The position numbers and the translations under genes are program-made. Below the pieces are notes generated by a model. The model worked only from the letters and a program-made list of their open reading frames with translations, searched no databases and was not told where the DNA came from. From Coleofasciculus chthonoplastes F2-STO-03 (GTDB taxonomy: Bacteria; Cyanobacteriota; Cyanobacteriia; Cyanobacteriales; Coleofasciculaceae), in assembly GCA_040222015.1 (NCBI GenBank), contig JAVJWO010000096.1:1-64000 (forward strand): a stretch of 64,000 bases of DNA, in the 5' to 3' direction. Below, piece after piece: positions 39,101 to 50,336 of this stretch (the stretch's first letter is position 1; each line of letters opens with the position of its first letter).

Positions 39101-40709
39101 CTTCCCGAATCGAATCAATTGGGGGATTGGTGACTTGGGCGAAGAGTTGCTGGAAATAATTGTACAGTAACTTCGGGCGATCCGATAACACCGCCAATGG
39201 TGTATCCGAACCCATCGAACCCACAGCTTCTACCCCATTCTGTGCCATCGGCGCCATCAGCATCCGTAGTTCCTCGAAGGTATAGCCGAATGCGATTTGT
39301 CGTTGAATTAGGGTGTCGGGTTCCGGTTGGGGGACTTCTGGCGCATCTTTTAACTGTGCCAGTTCCATCATGTATTCGTCAATCCACTCTTGATAGGGAT
39401 GTTCGGTAATAATTGCCTGTTTCAATTCCTCATCAGCAATAATCCGCCCCTCTTCCATATTCACCAAGAACATCCGCCCTGGTTGCAAGCGCCCTTTAAA
39501 CGCTACGTCTTCGGGTTCCACGGGTAAGACTCCGGCTTCGGATGCCATAATTACCCGATCATCTTTGGTCACATAATACCGCGATGGACGCAACCCATTC
39601 CGATCCAAAACTGCCCCAATCGTCGTACCATCGGTAAAGGCAATAGACGCAGGACCATCCCAGGGTTCCATCAGACAGGAGTGATACTCATAGAATGCCT
39701 TTGTCTCATCACTCATCGACTCATGATTTGTCCAGGGTTCTGGAATCATCATCATTACCGCATGGGGTAAAGAACGACCAGACAAGACTAACATTTCTAG
39801 GGAGTTGTCGAATATCGCCGAATCACTCCCTTCTAAATCAATAACCGGCTGAATTTTCTCCAAGTCATCGCCAAACAGCTTCGATTTAAACAGCGACTGT
39901 CGAGCGTGCATCCAGTTAATATTACCCCGTAAGGTATTAATTTCCCCATTATGGGCGATATAGCGATAGGGATGGGCGCGTTCCCAACTGGGGAAGGTGT
40001 TGGTGCTAAACCGGGAATGCACCAAGGCTAAGGCGCTACGAAGATCTGGATCATGGAGTTCGGGATAATATTGTCCCACCTGTAGTGGCGTCAGCATCCC
40101 CTTGTATACAATTGTCCGACAGGAGAGGCTAGCGATATACCAGCAGGGGTCAACCTCTGACTGACGAATTTCTTTTTCCGCCCGTTTCAGGATCACATAG
40201 AGTTTCCGTTCAAAAGACAGATCATCAGCCAGGTTGGGGGAACGCTGGAGGAACACCTGTTGCATGAACGGTTCACCCAGTTTAGCGATACTCCCCAGGG
40301 GTGAGTCATCCACGGGAACATCTCGCCAACCCAGAACCGTTTGCCCTTCTTCGGTGGCGATTTTCTCAAAAATCTGGCGACTCTGCTGGCGAATCATCGG
40401 ATCAGGGGAGGTAAAAATCGCCCCTACTCCATATTCACCGGCTTCCGGTAGGGTAATGTTATCAGCGGCGGCGACTTTCCGCATAAACTGATCTGGGATT
40501 TGGATTAAAATCCCCGCGCCATCCCCAGTGTTCGGTTCACAACCACAGGCGCCGCGATGTTCCAGGTTTGCCAGAATCGTTAGCCCTTGTTCCACGATAT
40601 CGTGAGATTTGTTTCCCTTCATCTGCACGACGAATCCGACACCGCAAGCATCGTGTTCAAACTGTGGATCGTATAAACCTTGTTTTTTTGGCAGTTGGTT
40701 GCTTTTCAT
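36120..40709 (-). CDS. gltB: Glutamate synthase large subunit (probable start ATG 40709)
   Basis: [46 protein letters not shown] repeats. Confidence 0.97.
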   Translation of the reverse strand: MKSNQLPKKQGLYDPQFEHDACGVGFVVQMKGNKSHDIVEQGLTILANLEHRGACGCEPNTGDGAGILIQIPDQFMRKVAAADNITLPEAGEYGVGAIFTSPDPMIRQQSRQIFEKIATEEGQTVLGWRDVPVDDSPLGSIAKLGEPFMQQVFLQRSPNLADDLSFERKLYVILKRAEKEIRQSEVDPCWYIASLSCRTIVYKGMLTPLQVGQYYPELHDPDLRSALALVHSRFSTNTFPSWERAHPYRYIAHNGEINTLRGNINWMHARQSLFKSKLFGDDLEKIQPVIDLEGSDSAIFDNSLEMLVLSGRSLPHAVMMMIPEPWTNHESMSDETKAFYEYHSCLMEPWDGPASIAFTDGTTIGAVLDRNGLRPSRYYVTKDDRVIMASEAGVLPVEPEDVAFKGRLQPGRMFLVNMEEGRIIADEELKQAIITEHPYQEWIDEYMMELAQLKDAPEVPQPEPDTLIQRQIAFGYTFEELRMLMAPMAQNGVEAVGSMGSDTPLAVLSDRPKLLYNYFQQLFAQVTNPPIDSIREEIITSAETTIGSERNLLEPEPQSCHLIELKTPILTNEELAKLKYVSEGEFKSVTLPILFDPKAGVKGLETAMDEICGKADSAIAQGTSIIILSDRGVDKDHAPIPALLAVAGLHHHLIRKKTRTKVGIVLESGEPREVHHHALLIGYGCGGINPYLMFETIDDMISQGLLENIDPKTAYKNYIKAATKGVIKVASKIGISTIQSYRGAQIFETIGLKQALVDKYFTWTATRIEGADLDVIAQEAIMRHSHAFPDREVNGHTLDAGGEYQWRKDGEAHLLSPQTIHALQNAVRQGSYDLYKEYAALINEQTQQHFTLRGLLQFKKRDPIPLEEVEPVEAITRRFKTGAMSYGSISKEAHESLAIAMNRIGGKSNTGEGGEDPERYTWTNERGDSKNSGIKQVASGRFGVNSLYLSKAKELQIKMAQGAKPGEGGQLPGRKVYPWIAKVRNSTPGVGLISPPPHHDIYSIEDLAELIHDLKNANRDARINVKLVSEVGVGTIAAGVAKAHADVVLISGFDGGTGASPQTSIKHAGLPWELGVAETHQTLVLNDLRSRIVVETDGQMKTGRDVAIAALLGAEEFGFSTAPLVSLGCIMMRVCQKNTCPAGIATQNPLLRQSFIGNPDHTVNFMGFVAQEVREIMAQLGFRTLNEMVGRVDVLEAKQAVDHWKAKGLDLSQILYQPDVGPEIGRYCQIPQDHGLDKSLDMRVLLDLCKGAIAKGEKVTATLPIQNTNRAVGTILGNEITKRHWQGLPEDTIHLHFQGSAGQSFGAFVPKGVSLELEGDANDYFGKGLSGGKLILYPPARSTFVPRENIIVGNVALYGATSGEVYIRGMAGERFCVRNSGVNAVVEAVGDHGCEYMTGGKVVVLGATGRNFAAGMSGGVAYVLDEKGDFATRCNTQMSDLEKLEDEEEIEIIHQMIAKHVEYTKSQLGLTILANWTEMVPKFVKVIPRDYKRVLACLNKAEEAGLSGDDALTAAFEENARDLARISGS

Positions 40710-41251
40710 CTTAAAATGACCCAAAAATGACGAGGGTTGTAGGGGCACCATCCTTGCGCCCGTTTTTCAGTGTAGAGGTTGGAAAGCTATCTGGTGCAAC
40801 GTAGCGGAAATCAGTATCCAGTGGAAAAAGGTGCAATAGCTTACTATACAAGCGTTTTTTTATTCTACCTTCTGCCTCGGAGTCTCGGAGCCTTTTAACT
40901 TAACGGAGGATATCCCCGCTGCGACACCACCAGCTTATTTGGATTACGATAAACCAACTCCACCAGAAGTACAAGCCCAGCTTTAACAAAACGATAACAT
41001 TCAGGGGATTTGGCTTTAATTTAGTTGAGGGTTGAGTTTTGGCGGGAAATGCTTCAAAAAAACAGTATAGCCTGATACTGATATATCCCTTTCTGCTTGA
41101 CTATCGGTGGGTTACGGCGGATAGTTTATTAAATAGTTACCGACTCAATTAAATTCCGCCTAACCCACCCTACAGATTACGATAGGCGATCGCCCAAAAT
41201 AATTATCCCAGATTTTCTGAATATCCGTCCGTAGGGGCGGGTTTAGGGATT

Positions 41252-41469
41252 CAATTGGGCGGCTTACCGATAACTGAACAACAAAACCCGCCCTTTATTC
41301 AATGACGCCGTTAAACCTAACAATTGGGCGGCTTACCGATAACTGAACAACAAAACCCGCCCTTTATTCAATGACGCCGTTAAACCTAACAATTGGGCGG
41401 CTTACCGATAACTGAGCAACAAAACTCGCCCTTTATTCAATGACGCCGTTAAACCTAACAATTGGGCGG
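41252..41469 (+). repeat. 69-bp tandem repeat (3 units plus a partial) derived from a REP element
   Basis: CAATTGGGCGG unit starts at 41252, 41321, 41390 and 41459. Units are near-identical. Confidence 0.9.
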
Positions 41470-41537
41470 GTTAAAATGGTTATTGGCTTCGTTGAAACGT
41501 TGAAAGGCTAAAGCCTTTACTACGAACTACAGACGGA

Positions 41538-43028
41538 TTAAGATGGGCCGCCGATGTGAATATTTCGCACCCGCACGGGGACACAAGCATGGGTCATTTG
41601 GGCGATTTGCATGGGTTCACCTTTACCACATAAATTCGTCCCGCATTGTTGCCATTCAGACTTAGAGCCGATCGCGTCTACACTATTCCAAAAGTCTGTG
41701 GTCATGGAATGATAGGTGACATCCTTTAACATTCCTACCACTTTGCCTTTTTTCACCTGCCAAAACCCATCGCCACCAAACTGAAAATTGCGCCGTTGCT
41801 GATCAATAGAAAAACTGCCAATGCCATCAATTAAAATACCCTCTTCGGTATCGGCAATCATTTCGGCTAACGTCGCCGTATGACTTCCCCCCTCAACTCC
41901 CGGTTCTAAGCCTAAATTGGGAATGCGTACCATCGGCACACTTGACCAACTATCGGCAAAGGCGCTACCATTACTACTGCCTCGCCCTAATCGATAGGCG
42001 GTTTCCCGATCAGTGAGATAATCCACTAAAATTCCATCCTTGACAACGTACCACTCTTGTGCAGGTACGCCCTCATCATCATACCCCATGGTACTGCGTC
42101 CACCGGGTTGAGTGCGATCGGCTTTGAAATTAACCCAAGGTGCGGCATACTGGAGTTTCCCTAATTTATCAGTTGTCGCGAAACTGGTGCCCGCAAAGTT
42201 GGCTTCATAACCGTATACTCGATCCAATTCCGTGGGATGTCCGACGGATTCATGAATTGTCAGCCACAGGTTTGTGGGTTTCAGAATTAGCGTGGAACGA
42301 ATACCAGAGGGACTTTTTGGCGCATGGACTTTTTCAATCGCTTCTTCTGCAACTCGTTCCACTTGAGAAAGTAAATCCGCTCGGATAACATGCTCATAGC
42401 CCTTATTCATCGGCGGGCGTTCATAGCTGCGATTTTGAGCATCTCCATTCGCGATCGCACTACAGCCAAATCCAGGATAAGTCCGATAGAGAGTTTGGTG
42501 AATCAGCGAACCTTCTGTCGAAGCAAAGGTCTTATCTTCCTTGGTAAATTGTAAATAAGAATAGGCTTTTTTAATCCCCCGTTCGCCATAACTCAGTAAT
42601 TGATCATTAATCTGCAACAGTAAATCAGCTTTCTCAGTAATCGGGATACTAAAGGGGTCAATTTCCATCGGAGTGATGTAGGTATCCTGATAGGCGGCGA
42701 CAGGAACAAGTTGCACCCGTGTCTGCTGAGACAGGCGACTCCCCTTAGCGATTTCCACGGCTAAGGTAACAATCCGTTCCACCTCTGCTGGCGTTTTATA
42801 GGGACTAGCCGCAAAACCCCACGCCCCATCCAGTAACACCCGCACCCCAAAGCCAGCACTAACATTATCACAGAGTTGACTCAGGGAGCGATCGCGGGCA
42901 TAAAGATTTTGATGGCGGTAGGTGCAAAATCGGACATCGCCGTACTCACAGCCAGCTTGACGAATTAAATCAGTCGCCAGTTGAGCCAAATCCGTTGCGG
43001 TGGGGGTTGGGGTGAGTGATTTTACCAT
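41538..43028 (-). CDS. tldD: TldD/PmbA family metalloprotease (TldD-like)
   Basis: GFGVRV...WGFA, HESVGHPTE (HExxxH), YDDEG, CGKGEP. Confidence 0.85.
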   Translation of the reverse strand: MVKSLTPTPTATDLAQLATDLIRQAGCEYGDVRFCTYRHQNLYARDRSLSQLCDNVSAGFGVRVLLDGAWGFAASPYKTPAEVERIVTLAVEIAKGSRLSQQTRVQLVPVAAYQDTYITPMEIDPFSIPITEKADLLLQINDQLLSYGERGIKKAYSYLQFTKEDKTFASTEGSLIHQTLYRTYPGFGCSAIANGDAQNRSYERPPMNKGYEHVIRADLLSQVERVAEEAIEKVHAPKSPSGIRSTLILKPTNLWLTIHESVGHPTELDRVYGYEANFAGTSFATTDKLGKLQYAAPWVNFKADRTQPGGRSTMGYDDEGVPAQEWYVVKDGILVDYLTDRETAYRLGRGSSNGSAFADSWSSVPMVRIPNLGLEPGVEGGSHTATLAEMIADTEEGILIDGIGSFSIDQQRRNFQFGGDGFWQVKKGKVVGMLKDVTYHSMTTDFWNSVDAIGSKSEWQQCGTNLCGKGEPMQIAQMTHACVPVRVRNIHIGGPS

Positions 43029-43052
43029 AGTCTATTGTTAAAATCCATTGAC

Positions 43053-43964
43053 TTATGTTAAATGTATGGTATCGGACTGAAAACCGCTATATTCATCTCT
43101 GGCAATAGACAAATTAATTTTCATATCCGACTCAATTTTCTTAGCCCCTTCACCCACCGATTTCGTTGTCGCGATCGCACCGGAAATCGGAGCAGCATAC
43201 CGGGGTAAAGCGCAAGCCACGAGGGGAATATGGCGATCCGTAACCACAACACCTTGATTAGGATCATAGCCTTGCCATCCCGCACCGGGTAAGTAAATCT
43301 CTACCCAAGCATGAAGATATCGTTGCGATCGTTCTAGATTCCCTTCCTGATACCCACTGACAAATCGTGCGCCTAATCTCATCACCCGACAAACGTCCAT
43401 GAATAGCACCGCTAAATCGCGACAAGAGCCTTTCTTTAAGTCCCAGGTTTTACGGGGAGACCGAGGTGCACCTTTTTCCCGATATTGGGGTTTACAATGG
43501 CTGTAGAGATGTTGGTTGAGTGTTTTGACAAAGTTAACGGTATCGCCCTTAACTTGATGGTAAATATCCTGGGCTAATTGCTTGATTGAATCGCCTGAGG
43601 AAGGGTCATAAAATTGCTGATAAGGCTGTAACTGAGAGAACCAGTAGTCGGGGTACTTAATCGGTAACTGAGTTGCCCACGGTTCGAGTTGAATGGTATC
43701 GGGATTGGTTCGACAGGTTTCGACAACGGATGTAGCGCTGATCGTTAATTGTTCGGTGCTGGTATTAAACAAAAGTTTCGCGATCGCGTTCCCATCCAAT
43801 TCGATCATCTCAACGATCTTCTCAGGTTTGGGTTCAATCTCCAAGGTAAACGAATACAGTTTTTGAGTCCCATCACACCGGGGACGTAGCCTGATGATAT
43901 GGGGTTTTAAAATAACGAGCTGATTATAGGTATAGGTTGTCGTGTGGCAAATTTTATAACGCAC
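43053..43964 (-). CDS. Transglutaminase-like protein
   Basis: Y.I.H.T.Y.Y, GSCRDLA, ARFVSGY, HAWVEIYLPGAGW.GYDP (C-H-D triad). Confidence 0.9.
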   Translation of the reverse strand: MRYKICHTTTYTYNQLVILKPHIIRLRPRCDGTQKLYSFTLEIEPKPEKIVEMIELDGNAIAKLLFNTSTEQLTISATSVVETCRTNPDTIQLEPWATQLPIKYPDYWFSQLQPYQQFYDPSSGDSIKQLAQDIYHQVKGDTVNFVKTLNQHLYSHCKPQYREKGAPRSPRKTWDLKKGSCRDLAVLFMDVCRVMRLGARFVSGYQEGNLERSQRYLHAWVEIYLPGAGWQGYDPNQGVVVTDRHIPLVACALPRYAAPISGAIATTKSVGEGAKKIESDMKINLSIARDEYSGFQSDTIHLT

Positions 43965-44028
43965 TATAATTCGTTAGTGGTCTTATGTTAATAGTCCAAG
44001 CTTAAAACCGTGTTAGTTAGCACCAACA

Positions 44029-44928
44029 TTAGTTAGTTGCACCAACTAATGCGGCTACTTCTTTTGAAATTTCCCCCTGTTGTGCGGCTAATAAATCGTG
44101 TCCGATATATTGGGATTTTTCAGGGTCAAAATATCTTGGTTTTACAGACATTAAACTTTTCGGTATACTAAAAAAGTCATACCCTAGTTTCCTAAGTATT
44201 TTAACTGTAGGATGTTTATCCACTAAATGACTAGAACTATGAAGCTCTACAAGTATTATATCAGGAGGATTATTATAAAATGCATCGTATGCACCTTGTA
44301 ATACTTGGGGTTCAAAGCCTTCTACATCAATTTTTACAAAACGTATCTTTTTACTTTCTATGTCGCTCAAAACCGATGATAGAGGTTTGACCGGAACCAA
44401 GATATTCGTTACATTTTGTTTAAATTTTTTAATCAATGAGGCTGATCCACTATGGTCTATAGGGATTCTCATTTCAAGGGTGGCATCTTCCGCACCCAGG
44501 GCAAAAGGGTGAAGCATTACATTAGTTACACGATTGTACTCTAGTGCTTCTGTAATCAAGTGTTGCATTTGTGGGTTTGGCTCAAACGCATGTACATAGC
44601 CAGCTTCACCAACAATAGATGCCAGCGTAAATGTAACTAAACCAATATTTGCTCCTATATCTAAAGCCACATCTCCGGGACGTACAAGTTTTTGGCATAG
44701 CCAAGTTATCTTCCGATCACAATCACCCGTGTAAAATACAGCACGTCCGTCAAAATCACTGAGTGATGCACGTATATATTTTCCGTTTGGTAACCGAGTC
44801 CAAACTATTTCATCACTCTCACCTGCAATTTTTCTAATCCACAGAGAATTACCTATAGTACCACAACCACTATAGAAAGGATAAAAATGTAATATTCTAG
44901 CTATAATTTTTTGTCTCAAATTTGGCAT
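44029..44928 (-). CDS. FkbM family methyltransferase
   Basis: LDIGANIG, AFEPNP, KIDVEGFE. AT-rich. Confidence 0.9.
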   Translation of the reverse strand: MPNLRQKIIARILHFYPFYSGCGTIGNSLWIRKIAGESDEIVWTRLPNGKYIRASLSDFDGRAVFYTGDCDRKITWLCQKLVRPGDVALDIGANIGLVTFTLASIVGEAGYVHAFEPNPQMQHLITEALEYNRVTNVMLHPFALGAEDATLEMRIPIDHSGSASLIKKFKQNVTNILVPVKPLSSVLSDIESKKIRFVKIDVEGFEPQVLQGAYDAFYNNPPDIILVELHSSSHLVDKHPTVKILRKLGYDFFSIPKSLMSVKPRYFDPEKSQYIGHDLLAAQQGEISKEVAALVGATN

Positions 44929-45111
44929 TTTTTATTCCTTTTTATAACGTTTGAATACTACTAAAAAAACAAAACTTCTCAATCTATTATGCATCTAGAT
45001 AAATTGGGAATGAACAATGAACAATGACCAATATGGGTACACCACAATGATTTTGTCGTTCTTGAGATTATGGTTTAAGTACCGAACAGCTTACAACTTT
45101 TTCGGATGATT

Positions 45112-46062
45112 TTAAACAACTGGTTCTACCGCACAAAATGTTTTCGAGATTTGATTGCCGACTTGATTAATTTCGATTTGCATTTGGTTTAAAAACTCAT
45201 GCAAGCCATCCTCAAAAACATCTTCTATGGTCAGATATCCGAGTTGAGAACACAAGCGCCCTAATCCCCGTTCGGCTGGGTTGCACCAGGTTCCACGGGG
45301 GGTGGTAGTAATTTGATGCAATGATTGTTCCGCTTGCGCTAGACAGAAGTGAATGGAGCGGGGGAACTGGCGGTTTAAAATCAGAAACTCAGCGACACTG
45401 GTGGGCGTAATCCGATGCTGAGACTTGCGATACATTTCATAGGCACTGGCAGATTTGAGCAGTGCCATCCATTGAATTTGATCCAATGGCGTTCCCACCC
45501 ACTGTACAGACGGGAGTAACACAAAATACTTTACATCTAGAATTCGGGTTGTTTTATCTGCCCGTTCTAGCAATCTACCCAGTTGCCCAAAATGCCATCC
45601 CTCATTATGCGTCATTGTGGCATCCATAACTCCAGCAAAGCGATGGCTAGCCAGTTTGACTTGGGTGAAAAAATCAGGTAAGGCTTGCAACGCTCCTCCT
45701 TGGGAAGCCTCTTTAACCATCAGGAAAAATTCATTGACCTCTTCCCACATTTCTGAGGAGATCACTTCCCGAATCGAACGGGCATTCTCGCGAGCGAGCT
45801 GGAGTACCGATAAAATTGAGTTGGGATAATCTGAGTCAAAGGTGAGGAAGCGGATAACGTTGTCCGAGGTAGCCTCCCCGTAGCGATCGCGGAATAAATC
45901 TCGATCCCCCGTTGTAATCACCAAGGGTTCCCACTGCTGGGTTACTCCGGGTGGCATATCCAGCATGGAATTTAAGTTAACATCCACAAACCGGGCAATA
46001 TTTTCTGCCCGTTCGATATAGCGATTGAGCCAGTAGATAGAATCAGCAACCCGACTTAGCAT
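45112..46062 (-). CDS. Alpha-E domain protein (DUF403)
   Basis: MLSRVADSIYW..RYIERAEN.AR, ARENAR, LERADKT.R, FPRS. Confidence 0.92.
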   Translation of the reverse strand: MLSRVADSIYWLNRYIERAENIARFVDVNLNSMLDMPPGVTQQWEPLVITTGDRDLFRDRYGEATSDNVIRFLTFDSDYPNSILSVLQLARENARSIREVISSEMWEEVNEFFLMVKEASQGGALQALPDFFTQVKLASHRFAGVMDATMTHNEGWHFGQLGRLLERADKTTRILDVKYFVLLPSVQWVGTPLDQIQWMALLKSASAYEMYRKSQHRITPTSVAEFLILNRQFPRSIHFCLAQAEQSLHQITTTPRGTWCNPAERGLGRLCSQLGYLTIEDVFEDGLHEFLNQMQIEINQVGNQISKTFCAVEPVV

Positions 46063-46133
46063 AAGTATTTATTCGTCCTTTGTCTTATGTCATTAGTCCT
46101 TTGTCGAGTAAATTTTTAACAAAGGACTATCAT

Positions 46134-47579
46134 TCATGAGTGATTCAGCACCCACGTATCCTTACTTCCGCCCCCTTGGGATGAATTCACCACCAGAGAA
46201 CCCTTTCTCAACGCCACACGGGTCAATCCACCGGGATGAACATAAATGTCGTCTCCCCGATGCAAAATATAAGGGCGCAAATCGACATGTCGTCCTTCTA
46301 CCTGATGATCAATCAAGGTTGGCACTCGCGACAAGCAAAGGATGGGTTGGGCAATATAATTGCGAGGATTGGCTTTAATCCGTTCAGCAAACTCCGCCCG
46401 TTCCACCTCAGTGGAACTCGAACCTACTAACATACCATACCCCCCCGACTCATTCGCCGCCTTCACCACTAATTTTTCTAAATTATTCAGGACATGGTTA
46501 CGGTCTTTTTCCTGCCAACATAAATAGGTGGGGACATTGGATAAAATTGGCTCTTCTCCCAGGTAATAGCGGATCATTTCTGGGACATAGGCATAGACAA
46601 CTTTATCGTCCGCTACGCCTGTTCCGGGTGCATTGGCTAAGGCGACTCGCCCTTGGCGATACACCTCCATCAATCCCGGTACGCCTAAGAGGGAATCTGG
46701 ACGGAAGACGTGAGGATCTAAAAAGTCATCATCCACACGACGATACACCACATCCACTCGCCGCAATCCTTGCGTCGTTCGCATTTGCAAATAGCCATCC
46801 ACGACGACTAAATCTCGACCTTCGACCAATTCCACACCCATTTGCTGAGCTAAAAAGGAATGTTCAAAGTAGGCGGAGTTGTAAATACCGGGAGTAAGGA
46901 CAACAACAGTAGGATCAGGAAGTTGATGTGGCGCTAAATTGAGCAGGGTTTCTAGCAAATGGCTGGGATAGTCATCCACTGGCTTAATTGCCAGGGTTTG
47001 GAATATTGCCGGGAATGTATTTTTCATCACCCGCCGATTTTCCAGAACATAAGAGATGCCCGAAGGTACACGCAGGTTATCTTCCAGAACATACCATTGA
47101 CCCTCGCGATCGCGCACTAAATCCGTACCGGTAATGTGACACCAGACATCGCTTGGCGGCTTTAAGCCGACGCAAGGCTTGAGAAATCCCGTTGCCGAAA
47201 ACACAACTTCGTGGGGGATTTTGCCATCGTTAAGAATAAGCTGTTCCCCATACATATCCTTGAGGAAGAGGTTCAGCGCTCTAATCCGTTGTTTGAGTCC
47301 ACCCTCTAAGGTTTGCCATTCCTGAGCCGAGATAATCCGGGGAATAATATCAAAAGGGAACACCCGTTCGATGCCCTGATTATCACTGTAGACGCTAAAG
47401 GTTACGCCTAACTTGAGCAGAGCAATTTGAGCCGTTTCCCGGTGTCGCTGGAGTTCATCAGGGCGTAATCCCTGCATCCACTTAATTAAGGCAGCGGCTG
47501 ATGGTCGTGGCTGCCCTTTGGCTGAGAACAGCTCATCATAGAAGTCTTCTGGATTGTAGAGATCCCATTGTACTGCCAC
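46134..47579 (-). CDS. Circularly permuted ATP-grasp type 2 protein (probable GTG start 47579)
   Basis: [60 protein letters not shown] ribosome binding site upstream. Confidence 0.92.
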   Translation of the reverse strand: MAVQWDLYNPEDFYDELFSAKGQPRPSAAALIKWMQGLRPDELQRHRETAQIALLKLGVTFSVYSDNQGIERVFPFDIIPRIISAQEWQTLEGGLKQRIRALNLFLKDMYGEQLILNDGKIPHEVVFSATGFLKPCVGLKPPSDVWCHITGTDLVRDREGQWYVLEDNLRVPSGISYVLENRRVMKNTFPAIFQTLAIKPVDDYPSHLLETLLNLAPHQLPDPTVVVLTPGIYNSAYFEHSFLAQQMGVELVEGRDLVVVDGYLQMRTTQGLRRVDVVYRRVDDDFLDPHVFRPDSLLGVPGLMEVYRQGRVALANAPGTGVADDKVVYAYVPEMIRYYLGEEPILSNVPTYLCWQEKDRNHVLNNLEKLVVKAANESGGYGMLVGSSSTEVERAEFAERIKANPRNYIAQPILCLSRVPTLIDHQVEGRHVDLRPYILHRGDDIYVHPGGLTRVALRKGSLVVNSSQGGGSKDTWVLNHS

Positions 47580-47650
47580 GTTTACTACACCCCTCCTCCT
47601 TGATGTATACCCTACGTATTCCAAGATTGGTCGAAATTGGATCTAGAACT

Positions 47651-47664
47651 GTAGTGAATATTAC
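47651..47664. promoter_or_regulatory. Candidate NtcA site upstream of the ATP-grasp operon
   Basis: tGTA-gtgaatat-TAC. Confidence 0.5.
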
Positions 47665-47741
47665 CGTTTGCGGGTAGTGCAAGTAAAGATATAGCCTTAC
47701 CAAGGCAGATTAAGACATTCTGTACAGTTCCCTGTTGCCTG

Positions 47742-50240
47742 TTATCTATTAATTGTGGGCAATGGGGGTGGCGACTCTAACCGCAGTGGCGCAAAATAAC
47801 GACTCTTAACTACACTCGTTGGCTTCCAGGGTGGATGCCAATAGACCTCTTGAATCACGGCTTTGGCATCATCCGGTAACCATTGGAAACTGACAACGCT
47901 GATGTTATTACATCCCACAATTTCGTCACCCTCTTGTAACCAGCGATTGCGCCATAACCAGGATAGAGAACCGAATAAAACTCTTCGCCATAAGGGTGGC
48001 TTTTTGCTGGATTCTGGCTGAGGATGTCGTTTCAGCCAAGGAACAGGTTCAGCTTTTTGGCGTTTACTCCATTCTGTCCGATACCGCCAGTCGGGTTGCG
48101 ATCGCGCATCTTTGAGGGCGACTTGCCAAGCGATGTCCCCATTGCCTTGAGGGGAATGAATTTGCTGCCAAAAGGGTCCTTGACTAGGAACTGGCAGATC
48201 CTGGATAATCACTTTACCGGGAGTGGCGATCATTTCCACCAGTTGCGGTGGTTGTTGCCATCCGACCCAATATTCGGGTTGTTCTAATGCCAGTGATTTA
48301 ACTTTAGTATGAACTAAATAGGTCTTCAACTCAGCATTTTTGATCGAACTGGAGGTTAACTGGACTAGCACCGATGCTGAGTCAGGATTGTCCCTCTCTT
48401 CAGCTTCCCAGATGTCGCCGACGGCTTGTCTCTGGAGTTTCCCACGCAGATTTGACCAATAGTGGAGGCGAACCACGGAGCCATAGTGAATATCTCCCGA
48501 CAGCAACACAATGCGATCGCGTCGCTGAAATAGGGCGGTTAACAGCTTACTAAAGGCGACATCGTGAAAGTTCCACGAATCCCCCACATCTGTGCCAAAT
48601 ACTTTACCCTGATGCCAATGCCACCGTTGGGCGATATCCACTAACGACGCATGGATCAGGTTGGTTGGTAAAACAATTAACGTGGCTTCAATCTGCGACT
48701 TACCCGCCGCTTTTAGTTGATCTGTTTTGTCCAGAGGAGCTTCAATCTGCTGATCAAATGCTGTCGGTGATAATAGCATCGGCGGCGCGATCGCTTGCTC
48801 CTCTCCCATGGGAAAACCGCGCCACGTCCGCGTATCGAGTACGATAACTTCATGTTTAAAACTCCTCACGCTGTAGTGCCACCTTAAACAAGGAGTGTCA
48901 TCACCATAGTCTCGATTCAGAACTAATACCGTCCCATCCTGTTTTAACTTGGGTAGCCCTGTTTCTGTGTCAATCTCAGGGACTCCCAAATATTTTCCCA
49001 TCGTTTCCCAGGCGGATTCATCTGTCCCAGCAGATTCTGACCATTGTTGCAACACTTGCAAGAATTTTTCTCCGGGTTGCCCTGAGGTAAACTGTTCCGG
49101 TGTATTTCCCCATCCCTGACACAGGACATAAGCTAACAGTCCATTTTGGATGATCTGTCTGCCCAGAGGTTTACCTAAGACTCGGTTGCACCACTCCCGA
49201 TTCAAATACCAGTCATCGCTAACATCGTGGTCATCAAAAACCATATAAGTTGGCACATTCGCCAGCGATCGCCTGACTTGCCACAAATACCTGGAAAAGT
49301 CCTGAATCGCATCAACTTCCTCATCCCATGATTTCGACTTTTTCCCCCTTGTCTTGCCTTTGGTAAAGGGATTCACCCACAGGATTGGCGACCAAGATAA
49401 CAGATACATCCCTAAATATTCACCCAAACTAAATAGATGGCTTTTAGAGCGTTGAGGTTGATTCTCCAGCATCGCGGTTAAGCCAGCATAATTTTGGGCA
49501 ATTTCTGTGCGCTGTCCGGGTTTCCATTCACTTACTTTTTTCCAGGAATACCCCTTGACAAAATCTCCTTTATAGGGCAATTCTTCCTGCCAGCCCAATA
49601 AAATATTTCCAACCTCACTGAGGGCAGCTAATAAGGGATCAGCGACATCATCGGCGTAAATTTGGTCTCCGGTTAAAAAGAGTTGATGAGGTCTATTATT
49701 GGGTTGATCGGCTGACTGTTCGATTAAACCATCCAGCAGGGGTAGGGCATCTTGTCCATTTCCATGGGCTTTGCGACAGGAACCGTGAACGATCCGCAGA
49801 TGATTTAAGTCATCCGGCGGCATAGCAAATGTGGGCAGATTGTGGTCTAAATAGCTAATGGTGATCAGGGGAAAAACGTCTCTGGCGTTGAGGGCATCAT
49901 TGAGGGTTTGATTGCGATCGCCAAAGTCCAAATCGTAGGCATAAATTTGTCCCGGTTCAAGTAAGTATCCATCAACGGGTTTAGCCGTTACCGCAACAAT
50001 ATGCAGGTATTTGCCCACAGCTACAGTGGCGCGTGATCCAGCCAGCCGTCCCCGATCAACAGTTTTACCTTGACCTGCGATCGTGGTATACACTCTAAGT
50101 GTGACCGAACTAGACGCTTTCAGTGCCAGCCAAACCGTGACGCCATCGGGATCGGTACGCCGCAAGATGGGACCTGCCAAAATGAGCGGCAGGTGTGTCA
50201 GTTGTTGCTCAAAGTCGCTGTAGGCGTCGATCAAGGGCAA
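47742..50240 (-). CDS. PhoD-like metallophosphatase
   Basis: HGSCRK, TGDQIYADD, FDDHDV.DDW, LDTRT, LSGDIH. Confidence 0.85.
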   Translation of the reverse strand: MPLIDAYSDFEQQLTHLPLILAGPILRRTDPDGVTVWLALKASSSVTLRVYTTIAGQGKTVDRGRLAGSRATVAVGKYLHIVAVTAKPVDGYLLEPGQIYAYDLDFGDRNQTLNDALNARDVFPLITISYLDHNLPTFAMPPDDLNHLRIVHGSCRKAHGNGQDALPLLDGLIEQSADQPNNRPHQLFLTGDQIYADDVADPLLAALSEVGNILLGWQEELPYKGDFVKGYSWKKVSEWKPGQRTEIAQNYAGLTAMLENQPQRSKSHLFSLGEYLGMYLLSWSPILWVNPFTKGKTRGKKSKSWDEEVDAIQDFSRYLWQVRRSLANVPTYMVFDDHDVSDDWYLNREWCNRVLGKPLGRQIIQNGLLAYVLCQGWGNTPEQFTSGQPGEKFLQVLQQWSESAGTDESAWETMGKYLGVPEIDTETGLPKLKQDGTVLVLNRDYGDDTPCLRWHYSVRSFKHEVIVLDTRTWRGFPMGEEQAIAPPMLLSPTAFDQQIEAPLDKTDQLKAAGKSQIEATLIVLPTNLIHASLVDIAQRWHWHQGKVFGTDVGDSWNFHDVAFSKLLTALFQRRDRIVLLSGDIHYGSVVRLHYWSNLRGKLQRQAVGDIWEAEERDNPDSASVLVQLTSSSIKNAELKTYLVHTKVKSLALEQPEYWVGWQQPPQLVEMIATPGKVIIQDLPVPSQGPFWQQIHSPQGNGDIAWQVALKDARSQPDWRYRTEWSKRQKAEPVPWLKRHPQPESSKKPPLWRRVLFGSLSWLWRNRWLQEGDEIVGCNNISVVSFQWLPDDAKAVIQEVYWHPPWKPTSVVKSRYFAPLRLESPPPLPTINR

Positions 50241-50336
50241 AGTGAAAGGGGTGAAGAATGAGTTGTCATGCAGACTTCATACTACCAAAAAATGCTCAGA
50301 TGTTTTTGACAACCTCCCTGGAAATACTCTACTGAA

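Noticed and set aside
40710..40751. Extra N-terminus of GltB
   Set aside because: The upstream ATG lies in a REP-like hairpin (GTAGGGGCACCATCCTTGCGCCC). ATG 40709 fits the family start better.
41252..41469. Possible CRISPR array
   Set aside because: Whole 69-bp units are near-identical with no unique spacers, and there are no cas genes. It is a tandem repeat.
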